Of a DNA stretch of 64,000 nt, positions 27,468-35,956 are shown piece after piece. The DNA lies in assembly GCA_016703535.1 (NCBI GenBank), contig JADJBV010000002.1:2526152-2590151 (forward strand), read 5' to 3'. The position numbers and the translations under genes are program-made. This stretch comes from Deltaproteobacteria bacterium. Its GTDB lineage: Bacteria > Myxococcota > Kuafuiibacteriia > Kuafuiibacteriales > Kuafuiibacteriaceae. The notes under the pieces were generated by a model. That model did no database searches and was not told the DNA's origin. It was given only the letters and a program-made list of their open reading frames with translations. Numbering within the stretch: the first letter of the stretch is position 1; every line of letters starts with the position of its first letter.

Positions 27468-29021
27468 GTGGGCCGCTCCGTCCTTCGCGCCTTGATCCTG
27501 GTCGGCACCTTCACGGCCGGGACCCCGGCCTTGGCCCAGATCTCCACCGATCAGGCCCGGACCGAGGCCGATCAGACCTCCCCCCGGGATCGGGTCCGGG
27601 GCCTGCCCACCCTCAAGTTGCGCTTCGACTTCGGCACCATCGGCGAAGACTTCTTCGTCACCTTCACCTCCCGCTTCTTCTGGAACCAAGAGCTCTGGGG
27701 TTTTGGCCTGGCCTTGCCGCTCCGCTTCCGGGTCAAGGACTTCGACCCCGACGATCAAGACGACCACCTGGGCATCTTGAGGAAAGAAGACTGGGACGAA
27801 CCCACCGACTTCTTCCGGCTGCTCCGCTACGTCTACTTCGGCCAATCGGATCGCCAGGGCCCGTATTACGTGCGGCTCGGCGACATCGAAGAGCTGGAGT
27901 TGGGCCACGGGACCATCGTCTACCGCTACTACAACGGCTTCGATCTCGATCGCTGGCGGGCCGGCCTGTTGTTGACCGGGCGGACGCGGCTCTTCGGCGC
28001 CGAAGGCGTGTTTTCGGATCTGGGCCGGGTCAACAGCGACGTGGGCCTGGTGGGCTTACGGACCTATCTGCACCCCCAGGTCCTCTTCGAGGCGCCGATC
28101 GACAAAAACGGCGACGGCATCTACGGCGGCGAAGGCGACGAACCGAAGGGTGGGCAAGAGCTCCAGGTCGGCTTCTCCTTCTTCGCCGATCCGACGGCGC
28201 CCATTCGCCTCAACCGCACGCCGGGTGAAGATCTGAACGGCAACTTCATGCTCGACGACGGCGAAGACAGCAACGGCAACGGCGTCCTCGATCCGGTGCG
28301 GATCCTGCTCGACGACGAACGCCACGCCATCGTCGAAGATCGCCGCTTCGTGGGCGCCTTGGGCACCGACGTCCACTACCGCTTGTTCGAAGAAGAGTGG
28401 TTGACCATCACGCCCTACGCCGACTTCAACAAGTTGATCCACGGCGGCACCGGCCTGGGCCTCCACCTGGGCGTACGTTGGCAGTCCACCTTCCAAACCG
28501 GCTTGGCTCCGGTCAGCTTTGACGCCCGCACCGAATACCGGCGCACCAGCGGTGACTACGAGGCGCCGTACTTCGGCATGACCCACGAGATCGAGCGCTT
28601 CGACTCGCCCCCGGGCAGCGGCGTCACCAAACTCGAGGCCCTCCGGCGGGCCCGGGACCTGCCGTGGCGCAACGGCTACTTCATCAGCCTGGTCGGCGGC
28701 ATGGTCCCCCATGTGTATGGCGGGATCGAATACGTGGATCGGGGCCCCAACCTGAGCTCCCTCCGCCTCTCTTTGCAACTCAAGTTGCCCTACGACTTCG
28801 AAGTGGAGACCTTCTACTATCGCTTCAATATATTGGGGGCCTCGGACCTCTTTGGCCTGGACGACCGAACGGCGCTGCTCGCCCGGGTGCAGATCCCGAT
28901 CATCTCGGTGTTCGGGGTCAGCGGTGAGTGGGTCCGGGTCTTCCGGGCCGGGGCCGAAGGGGCGGGCTACGAGGCGGTCGACGCCTGGAACGTCGGCGTG
29001 GCCGTCTCCCTCACCCTCTGA
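27468..29021 (+). CDS. Secreted hypothetical protein with thrombospondin-type-3-like Asp/Asn/Gly Ca-binding loops
   Basis: A GTG start gives the signal peptide VGRSVLRALILVGTFTAGTPALAQ. DKNGDGIYGGEGDE and DLNGNFMLDDGEDSNGNGVLD are present. Confidence 0.7.
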   Translation: MGRSVLRALILVGTFTAGTPALAQISTDQARTEADQTSPRDRVRGLPTLKLRFDFGTIGEDFFVTFTSRFFWNQELWGFGLALPLRFRVKDFDPDDQDDHLGILRKEDWDEPTDFFRLLRYVYFGQSDRQGPYYVRLGDIEELELGHGTIVYRYYNGFDLDRWRAGLLLTGRTRLFGAEGVFSDLGRVNSDVGLVGLRTYLHPQVLFEAPIDKNGDGIYGGEGDEPKGGQELQVGFSFFADPTAPIRLNRTPGEDLNGNFMLDDGEDSNGNGVLDPVRILLDDERHAIVEDRRFVGALGTDVHYRLFEEEWLTITPYADFNKLIHGGTGLGLHLGVRWQSTFQTGLAPVSFDARTEYRRTSGDYEAPYFGMTHEIERFDSPPGSGVTKLEALRRARDLPWRNGYFISLVGGMVPHVYGGIEYVDRGPNLSSLRLSLQLKLPYDFEVETFYYRFNILGASDLFGLDDRTALLARVQIPIISVFGVSGEWVRVFRAGAEGAGYEAVDAWNVGVAVSLTL

Positions 29022-29090
29022 GCCCCCGATCCGGGCCGGGCCGGCGATTCCCATTTGACTGGCGGTCACCGGCTCATTAGGTGCCTTCCC

Positions 29091-29990
29091 ATGCGTGCCC
29101 TTACCCTTGCCTTTGGCGTTTCCCTGGTCGCTGCCGCGGCCTGTAGCTCTCCTGGTCGGGTCGCGACCTGGGAACAAGGCGCCGCCAAGGCCACCGCCGC
29201 CACCTCCAGCGCCGCCGCCTCCGCGGCCATGACCGAGGCCAAAGCCCTCTGGGACAAGCGGGACGACAAGGCCTCTTTGATGGCCGCCATCGCCGCCTAC
29301 GAGAAGATCGCCGAGACCGACACCAGCAACGCTCCGGCCCTGGTGATGTTGTCCCGGGCCCACTACTTCTTGGCCGACGGCTTCCTGGCGGTCGAAGGTG
29401 CGGAGCAGGAAGAGGAGTTCAAGGTCTACCAAAAGGGCGTCGACTACGGCGAGCGGGCCCTGGTGCTGCTCGAGCCGGCCTTCGGCGAGGCCATGGCGAA
29501 AGAGGGCGCCAAGTTTGAGGTCGAGATCGGCAAGATCGGCAAAAACGGCCTCGACGCCGCCTATTGGTACGCGGTCAACCTCGGCCGCTTCGCCGCCAGG
29601 AAGGGCCTCTCGGCGCGCTTGTTCTACAAGGACAAGCTGAAGGCGACCATGGAGCGCATCGCCGCTTTGGAGCCCAACTACTTCCACGGCGCGCCCGACC
29701 GCTACTTCGGCGCCTTCTACGCCATCCTCCCGTCGATCGCCGGCAAGGATCTGAAGAAGTCCGAGGCCCACTTCGAGGCCGCCGTGAAGCTCGGGCCCCA
29801 GTACCTGCCGAACAAGGTGGTCAAGGCCCAGTACCTGGCCACCGAACGGGATGACCAGGCCATGTACGAGGCTTTGCTCAAAGAGGTCTTGGCCGCCCCC
29901 GACACCGACGACGGCGACATCGCCCCCGAAAATCGGGCCGCCAAGCGCACCGCTCAGAAGATGCTCGCCAACGTCGGCGAGATCTTCTGA
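29091..29990 (+). CDS. TatT-family (TRAP-T-associated TPR-like) lipoprotein
   Basis: Lipobox SLVAAAAC; NYFHGAPDRYFGAFYAILPSIAGKDLKKSEAHFEAA is characteristic of TatT-like proteins. Confidence 0.75.
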   Translation: MRALTLAFGVSLVAAAACSSPGRVATWEQGAAKATAATSSAAASAAMTEAKALWDKRDDKASLMAAIAAYEKIAETDTSNAPALVMLSRAHYFLADGFLAVEGAEQEEEFKVYQKGVDYGERALVLLEPAFGEAMAKEGAKFEVEIGKIGKNGLDAAYWYAVNLGRFAARKGLSARLFYKDKLKATMERIAALEPNYFHGAPDRYFGAFYAILPSIAGKDLKKSEAHFEAAVKLGPQYLPNKVVKAQYLATERDDQAMYEALLKEVLAAPDTDDGDIAPENRAAKRTAQKMLANVGEIF

Positions 29991-30826
29991 TGAACACGCT
30001 GCGCACCGCCGATGGGCTGGACCTCCACCTGCACGCCTGGCCGGTCTCGGGCCCCCAGGCGGCGGTGGCTTTGCTCCACGGCTACGGCGAACACGCGGGG
30101 CGCTACGACCACGTGGCCCGGGCCTTCAACGAGCGGGGCATCGCGGTCTACGCGGTGGACCTCCGGGGCCACGGCCGTTCGCCGGGCAGCCGGGCTCACG
30201 TCGACGCCTTCACCGACTACCACCGGGACGCCGACGCCTTGGTGCTGCACGTGAAGGAGCGCCACCCGGGCGTGCCGCTCTTCGTTTTCGCCCACTCGAT
30301 GGGGGCCCTGGTGTATCTGCACTGGGCCTTGGCCGGCCGGGGCCAAGACCTGCGCGGCGTTTGTCTCAGCTCGCCGTTCCTCGGGATCCAGATCCCGGTT
30401 TCGGGGGCCAAGGCGGCGGCCGGGCGTCTGTTGTCCAAGGTGTTGCCCAAGATGGGGCTGCCCTCGGGCCTCAACGGCGCGGCGGTGACCCGGGATCCGG
30501 AGATGGCCAAGAAGTACGACTCGGATCCGCTGATGAACAAAAACGCGGGTGCCCGCTGGTTCACCGAGGCCATGGCCGCCATCGACAAGGTGCTCAGCCA
30601 AGCCCACCAGCTGGAGCGGCCCTTGCTCCTGCTGTACGGCGGGGATGATCGGGTGGCCAACGCCGATGCCACCGACAAGTTGGTGGCCAAGTTGACCATG
30701 AAGGATCGGACCGTCGAGCGCCTGCCCGGCCACTACCACGAGCTGGTCAACGAACCCCTCGAGGTCCGAAACGGCCTCATCCGTCGCTACGGCGATTGGA
30801 TCCTGGAAAAAGCCAAGAACCCGTGA
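29990..30826 (+). CDS. Alpha/beta hydrolase (lysophospholipase / monoacylglycerol lipase-like)
   Basis: LLHGYGEHAGRY, DLRGHGRS, FAHSMGA nucleophile elbow. The ATG overlaps the upstream stop. Confidence 0.85.
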   Translation: MNTLRTADGLDLHLHAWPVSGPQAAVALLHGYGEHAGRYDHVARAFNERGIAVYAVDLRGHGRSPGSRAHVDAFTDYHRDADALVLHVKERHPGVPLFVFAHSMGALVYLHWALAGRGQDLRGVCLSSPFLGIQIPVSGAKAAAGRLLSKVLPKMGLPSGLNGAAVTRDPEMAKKYDSDPLMNKNAGARWFTEAMAAIDKVLSQAHQLERPLLLLYGGDDRVANADATDKLVAKLTMKDRTVERLPGHYHELVNEPLEVRNGLIRRYGDWILEKAKNP

Positions 30827-30828
30827 CC

Positions 30829-33549
30829 ATGACCGACGTCGAGGAGCGGCTCGCTTCCGACAAGCTGACGCCGATGATGCGCCAATATCTCGGCACCAAG
30901 GCCGAGTATCCGGGCGCCGTCGTGCTCTACCGGATGGGCGACTTCTTCGAGACCTTCTACGAAGACGCCGAGACCTGCGCCCAGATCCTGGACCTGACCC
31001 TGACCGCGCGCAGCAAGGAGCGCGACATCCCGATGGCCGGGGTGCCCCACCACGCCATCGACGGTTACCTCACCAAGTTGATCGAGGCCGGTAAGACCGT
31101 GGTGATGGTCGACCAGATCGAAGATCCGAAGTTGGCCAAGGGTCTGGTCAAGCGGGCGGTCACTCGGGTCTTGTCGCCGGGCACCTACCTGGATCCCCAG
31201 GCGCCTGCCCGGGCCCTCCGTTATCTGGTGGCGGTGACCCTGGACGAGAAGAAGAAGGCCCTGCGGTTTGGCCTTTCGGCCCTGGATCTCTCCACCGGCG
31301 AGTTTCGGGCCACCGGCGGTGAGTCGGTGGAGTTGTTGACCGACGAGCTGAGCCGCCTGGGCATGAAGGAGATCGTGCTGCCGGAGGCTCTTAAGGCCTC
31401 GGAGGTGGTGGCCGGATTGCAAGTTAACTTGCATAAGGTGGTCTTCACCTTCCTCGAGGAGAAACGTTATCCGCCGGCCCGGGCCGCCGAAGCTTTGGGC
31501 AAGTTGTTTGGGGCCGAGGAGCAGCGGGCCTTGGCGCAGCACCTGGATCCTTTGGCCTTGACCGCCGCCGGCTTGGCGCTCCGCTACACCGAAGAGTCCC
31601 AGCTACGGCCCGAGGCTCCGGATCTGCACGGCCGGGCCAGCTTGGCCCATGTGCAAAAGCTGGTGCCCTACGTGCCGGGCGCGGGCCTGGTGCTGGACAC
31701 CGAATGCCGAGAGCACCTGGAGTTGTTTCAGAGCCAAGGGGAGGGCGGGCGCCGCGGTTCATTGATCGGGGCCATCGACGAGGCCAAGACCGGGATGGGC
31801 GGCCGCTTGCTGCAGCGGTGGTTGGCTTATCCGCTCGCGAGCTTGGGGCCGATCCGGGCCCGGCAGGACGCGATCGAGGCCTTGATCGCCGCGCCCTCGG
31901 AGTTGGATCGGCTGCGCAACACCTTCGCCGGTGTCGGGGACCTGGAGCGGTTGATCGGGCGGGTGATGTTGGCCCGGGCCACGCCCCGGGATCTGGTGGC
32001 CTTGGCGGTCACCTTGGTGAAGGCCCCCGAGGCCCTGGGCGCGGCGAAAGCGGCCCTCAAAGGCGAGTTGGCACCTTCGTCCGAAGAGCGGCTGGCGATC
32101 TTGGGGGCGGTTGATCCGCTGCCGGATCTGGCGGTCCGGATCACCTCTGCCCTCCTCGACGATCCGACCGTGGATCTGGAGAGTGGCCAAGTGTTTCGGC
32201 CCGGCTTCGACCCGGAGCTCGATCGGCTCCAAGGTTTGGCTCAAAACGGCAAACAGCTGATCGCCGAGCTGGAGGCCAAGGAGAAGGCCCGCACCGGCAT
32301 CAGCTCCCTGAAGATCCGCTACAACAAGGTCTTTGGTTATTACCTGGAGGTCACCCGGACCAACCTGAAGTTGGTGCCCAAGGACTACATCCGGAAGCAA
32401 ACCACGGTAAACGCCGAGCGTTATTACACCGAAGAGCTGAAGACCCTGGAGACCGAGGTCTTGACCGCCGACGAGCAGCGGATCGCCCGGACCGTGGCCC
32501 TCTATCAGGCCTTGTTGGCCGAGGTCGCCAAGGAGGCGGTGCGCCTGCACGCCCTGGCCGAGGCCTTGGCGGAGCTGGACGTCTTGTCGGCCTTGGCCGA
32601 GCTGGCCGAACGGCGGGCCTGGTGCCGGCCTTTGGTCGACGACGGCGGCACCATCGAGATCGTCGAGGGGCGGCACCCGGTCATCGAATTATATTCAAAA
32701 GAACTTGGAGAGCGGTTTGTCCCCAACGACCTGACGCTGACGCCCGATCAACGCCTGATGATCATCACCGGCCCCAACATGGCCGGCAAGTCGACCATCA
32801 TGCGGCAGACCGCGCTGATCGCCATCTTGGCCCACCTGGGCAGTTACGTGCCGGCCAAGTCGGCGCGGATCGGCTTGCTCGATCGGATCTACACCCGGGT
32901 CGGCGCCAGCGACGATCTCTCCCGGGGCCGCTCCACCTTCATGGTGGAGATGACCGAAACCGCGCGGATCTTGCGGGCCGCAACGCCGCGTTCTTTGGTG
33001 TTGCTCGACGAGATCGGCCGGGGGACCAGCACCTTCGACGGCCTGTCCATCGCCTGGGCGGTGGCCGAACACCTCCACGACGTGGCCCAGTCCAAGACCT
33101 TGTTCGCGACCCACTACCACGAGCTGACCGAGATCAGCCGGCTCAAGCCCCACGCCTTGAATCGGCACGTGGCGGTCCGGGAGTACAACGATCAGATCGT
33201 GTTCCTGAGGAAGTTGGCCGAAGGCGCCACCAACCGCAGCTACGGGGTCCAGGTGGCGCGGCTGGCGGGCTTGCCCAAAGGGGTGGTCGAGCGGGCTCGC
33301 CAGGTCCTCGACGGGCTCGAGGCCCAGGCCTTGCGGAGCGGCGGGCGCGGCAAACTCGACGTCACCGCCTCCCAACTTTCTTTGTTCGGGGGCGCGGCCC
33401 CGGCCCCGCCCGGCCTCACCTCGGCGGAGGCCCAGGTCCTGGAGCGCCTGCGGGCCTTGGAACTCGACGATCTTTCACCTCGGGCCGCCCACGGCCTTTT
33501 GGTCGAACTCCAGACCCAACTCGAGCAGGCTGAACCCGAAGAGCCCTGA
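30829..33549 (+). CDS. mutS: DNA mismatch repair protein MutS
   Basis: TPMMRQYLGTKAEYPGAVVLYRMGDFFETF, Walker A GPNMAGKST, DEIGRGTSTFDG, FATHYHEL. Confidence 0.97.
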   Translation: MTDVEERLASDKLTPMMRQYLGTKAEYPGAVVLYRMGDFFETFYEDAETCAQILDLTLTARSKERDIPMAGVPHHAIDGYLTKLIEAGKTVVMVDQIEDPKLAKGLVKRAVTRVLSPGTYLDPQAPARALRYLVAVTLDEKKKALRFGLSALDLSTGEFRATGGESVELLTDELSRLGMKEIVLPEALKASEVVAGLQVNLHKVVFTFLEEKRYPPARAAEALGKLFGAEEQRALAQHLDPLALTAAGLALRYTEESQLRPEAPDLHGRASLAHVQKLVPYVPGAGLVLDTECREHLELFQSQGEGGRRGSLIGAIDEAKTGMGGRLLQRWLAYPLASLGPIRARQDAIEALIAAPSELDRLRNTFAGVGDLERLIGRVMLARATPRDLVALAVTLVKAPEALGAAKAALKGELAPSSEERLAILGAVDPLPDLAVRITSALLDDPTVDLESGQVFRPGFDPELDRLQGLAQNGKQLIAELEAKEKARTGISSLKIRYNKVFGYYLEVTRTNLKLVPKDYIRKQTTVNAERYYTEELKTLETEVLTADEQRIARTVALYQALLAEVAKEAVRLHALAEALAELDVLSALAELAERRAWCRPLVDDGGTIEIVEGRHPVIELYSKELGERFVPNDLTLTPDQRLMIITGPNMAGKSTIMRQTALIAILAHLGSYVPAKSARIGLLDRIYTRVGASDDLSRGRSTFMVEMTETARILRAATPRSLVLLDEIGRGTSTFDGLSIAWAVAEHLHDVAQSKTLFATHYHELTEISRLKPHALNRHVAVREYNDQIVFLRKLAEGATNRSYGVQVARLAGLPKGVVERARQVLDGLEAQALRSGGRGKLDVTASQLSLFGGAAPAPPGLTSAEAQVLERLRALELDDLSPRAAHGLLVELQTQLEQAEPEEP

Positions 33550-33632
33550 ATCCACTCAATGGAACGCAAGTCCGCCTCCGAGACCCGGGTTCGGGGCTGG
33601 ATTCCTGGGCGGCGCCCCCGTAGGCTCCCGCC

Positions 33633-34100
33633 ATGCCCTGGTGCCCACAATGCCGATCCGAATATCGCCCTGGATATACTGAGTGTAAGAGCTGCGGCGG
33701 CGTGGCCCTGGTCGAGTCTCTCCTCGATGACGAGGACCTGAAGCCCGAAGAGCTGGAGGGCACCATCCCGGTGGGCACCTTCATCCCGACCGAGATCGGG
33801 CAGCCGGCCTTTATCCTGGCCCGCAGCGCGGTGTTGCTCCAGATCTTGCTCGACGCCGGCATCCCGGCGGTCCGGTCCCCCTTCGAAGACGGGCCTTCGC
33901 CGGACATGCAGCCCCGGTTTCAGGTGCGGGTGCGCCCCAAAGACGTGGCCCGGGCTGAAGAGGTGCTGAAGGCCGCCCTCGAGGCGCCCGCCGAAGCCAA
34001 CGCCGCCCCTTCCGACAGCTGCGAGGCCTGTGGCGCCAAGGTGCAGCCCGACGCGACCGAGTGCCCCGACTGTGGTCTTTCGTTTGTCGGAGGCGGTTGA
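33633..34100 (+). CDS. Zinc-ribbon protein (DUF2007-like), CxxC pairs at both ends
   Basis: MPWCPQCRSEY...CKSCGG at the N-terminus and CEACGAKV...CPDCG at the C-terminus. Confidence 0.65.
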   Translation: MPWCPQCRSEYRPGYTECKSCGGVALVESLLDDEDLKPEELEGTIPVGTFIPTEIGQPAFILARSAVLLQILLDAGIPAVRSPFEDGPSPDMQPRFQVRVRPKDVARAEEVLKAALEAPAEANAAPSDSCEACGAKVQPDATECPDCGLSFVGGG

Positions 34101-34811
34101 GTGGACTGGTACGGCTTGGTCCCGCCCGGGCCGGCCGCGAGCTCGACCGGCCGCGGCCTCAAGGTTGCGGTGGTCGACACCGGGGTGAACTTCGAGCACC
34201 CGCACCTCTCGATCCCCGGCGACGGCGTGGTGATCGAGTGGGATGATCTTGATGGTCTGGTGGTACGCCCCGGCCAACACCGGGATCGGATCGGGCACGG
34301 TACCTGTTGCGCCGCCATCGTCCACCTGTTGGCGCCGGATGCGACCCTCTACGGGATCCGAGTGACCGCCGATCGTCCCACCACCGACGTCGATCGGCTG
34401 GCCCGCGGGATCGATCAGGGGGTTGAGGTCCAGGCCCAGGTGATCCTGGTGGCCCTTGGGGCGCCCGCCGATCATGGGGGTCGGCTGGCCCGGGCGGTGA
34501 ACCGGGCCATGGAGCAGGGGGTGGTGGTGGTGGCTCCGGATCCCGGAACCCCTGTGTACCCCGCGGCTTGCCCGGGGGTGGTGTCGGTTCGAGCCGCCAC
34601 GGGCGTCGACGTCACGAAAGGGCCTCAGGGCTTTTTGGCCGATGGCCGGGCCCGGCCCATGGACACCCCGGGGCCCCCGCCCCCCAACTTCTCGGGGCCC
34701 AGCTTGAGCGCGGCCCGGGCGGCGGCGGCGGTGCTGCGTTTTGCGGAGAGCTCGGGCCTTCGAGGCCCCGAACTCGTCGAAGGGTTTTCAAAACTGCTGG
34801 AGGTGCGGTAG
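34101..34811 (+). CDS. Short cytoplasmic subtilase-like (S8) domain protein, possibly degenerate
   Basis: VAVVDTGV (Asp), HGTCCAA (His), SGPSLSAARAAA (Ser). No signal peptide, no obvious oxyanion Asn, only 236 aa. The GTG start abuts the upstream stop. Confidence 0.6.
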   Translation: MDWYGLVPPGPAASSTGRGLKVAVVDTGVNFEHPHLSIPGDGVVIEWDDLDGLVVRPGQHRDRIGHGTCCAAIVHLLAPDATLYGIRVTADRPTTDVDRLARGIDQGVEVQAQVILVALGAPADHGGRLARAVNRAMEQGVVVVAPDPGTPVYPAACPGVVSVRAATGVDVTKGPQGFLADGRARPMDTPGPPPPNFSGPSLSAARAAAAVLRFAESSGLRGPELVEGFSKLLEVR

Positions 34812-34821
34812 TAGCCGAGCC

Positions 34822-35646
34822 GTGGCGGTCAAAAAGACGCAGAGTTCGAAGAAGGCCTCGGCCAAGAAGCCCGGGGCCAAAAAGCCCCCGGCCCCAAAGG
34901 CGGCGGTGAAAGAGGCCCCGGCCAAGAAGGTGGTCCCCAAAAAGGCCGTGGTGAAGAAGGCCCCGGGCAAAAAGCCCGCCGCGTCGAAGCCGGTGGCGGC
35001 CAAATCCCCCGCTGCCAAGTCCCCCGCCAAGAAGTCGGCGCCCAAGGTCGCCGCGCCGGCGCCGAAAGCGAAGGCCACGCCCGCGCCGAAAGCGAAGGCC
35101 ACGCCCGCGCCGAAAGTGAAGGCTGCGCCCGCACCCGCGCCGAAAGTGAAGGCCGGGCCCAAAAAGGCCGCAAAAGCTGGCGAAAAGGCCAAGGCCTCCG
35201 AGCGCTCGGCGAAGACCGGCCCCGCCCGTTCGATGAGCGGCGCCGTGTTCGGTCAGGCGAAGGACGTCCGCATCTTGGTCGTCGACGACGAACCCGAAGT
35301 GCTCGAGCTCTTGGTGCCGTTCCTCCGCGGCAAAGGTTACACCGTGAGCGAAGCCCAAGACGGTGATCAAGCCCTGGAGAAGATCCTCACCGAACGCCCC
35401 AACATCGTGGTGCTCGACGTGATGATGCCCGGCCTCTCGGGTTGGGAGATCTCTCGGTACGTGCGGGAGCGGGCCGAGCTGGATCCGGTCCGGATCATCA
35501 TGGCCACCGGCATCGGCAAAGAAACCAACGCCGCCACCAGCCCCCTCTACGGTGCCGACGCCTACCTCGATAAGCCCTTTCGCCTCGATGCCCTCGATCG
35601 CACGGTCACCGAGGTGATCAAGCGGATCGAGAGCACCGCGTTCTGA
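34822..35646 (+). CDS. Single-domain response regulator with an N-terminal histone-H1-like Lys/Ala/Pro-rich tail of about 130 aa
   Basis: KKxxAKKPGAKKPPAPKAAVK... tail including PAPKAKAT repeats. The receiver domain has ILVVDDEPEV, VLDVMMPGLSG and YLDKPF. Confidence 0.85.
   Translation: MAVKKTQSSKKASAKKPGAKKPPAPKAAVKEAPAKKVVPKKAVVKKAPGKKPAASKPVAAKSPAAKSPAKKSAPKVAAPAPKAKATPAPKAKATPAPKVKAAPAPAPKVKAGPKKAAKAGEKAKASERSAKTGPARSMSGAVFGQAKDVRILVVDDEPEVLELLVPFLRGKGYTVSEAQDGDQALEKILTERPNIVVLDVMMPGLSGWEISRYVRERAELDPVRIIMATGIGKETNAATSPLYGADAYLDKPFRLDALDRTVTEVIKRIESTAF
35059..35160 (+). repeat. Coding tandem repeat, 24-nt unit x4 (PAPKAKAT / PAPKVKA)
   Basis: GCGCCGAAAGCGAAGGCCACGCCC occurs twice perfectly (35059-35106), then twice diverged (35107-35130 and 35137-35160, with a 6-nt insert). 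Confidence 0.9.
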
Positions 35647-35956
35647 TCGAGGGACCGGTCGGGATCCGACTCGACCGCGGGGCTGCGAGAAGGTGGTGCC
35701 CTCGGCGCCAGCCCTGATTCGCAAGCCCGCGCAGACTCGGCAGCGAGGCGGGATTGGAGACCGCTCAGGAATGCAGGAACCAAGGAGCCCGAAGAATTGG
35801 GCCCCCGAAAGCGAGTCTTGAAGCACAGTCCCGGTAGGCGTTCTGCCTTCCCCTCGAAAACCGGCTAACTGATCGGTATTGGGACCGGGACCCCAGGTTC
35901 CCGCCCCCCGGGATCAAAAATTTGCGGGGTTGATCTGGGGCTCCCATAGTGGGGTT

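Noticed and set aside
35059-35160. Regular 24-nt direct repeats considered as a possible CRISPR-like or minisatellite array.
   Set aside because: The repeats are contiguous with no spacers, in frame, and encode the PAPKAKAT basic tail. It is a coding tandem repeat, not a CRISPR array.
35685-35860. GGTGGTGCC...CAGTCCCGGTAGGCG...CTGCC looked superficially like the start and B12-box of a cobalamin riboswitch.
   Set aside because: The conserved core (GGUGAAAAUCC-like and GCCACUG elements) is absent. The downstream gene is a cell-wall amidase with no link to B12.
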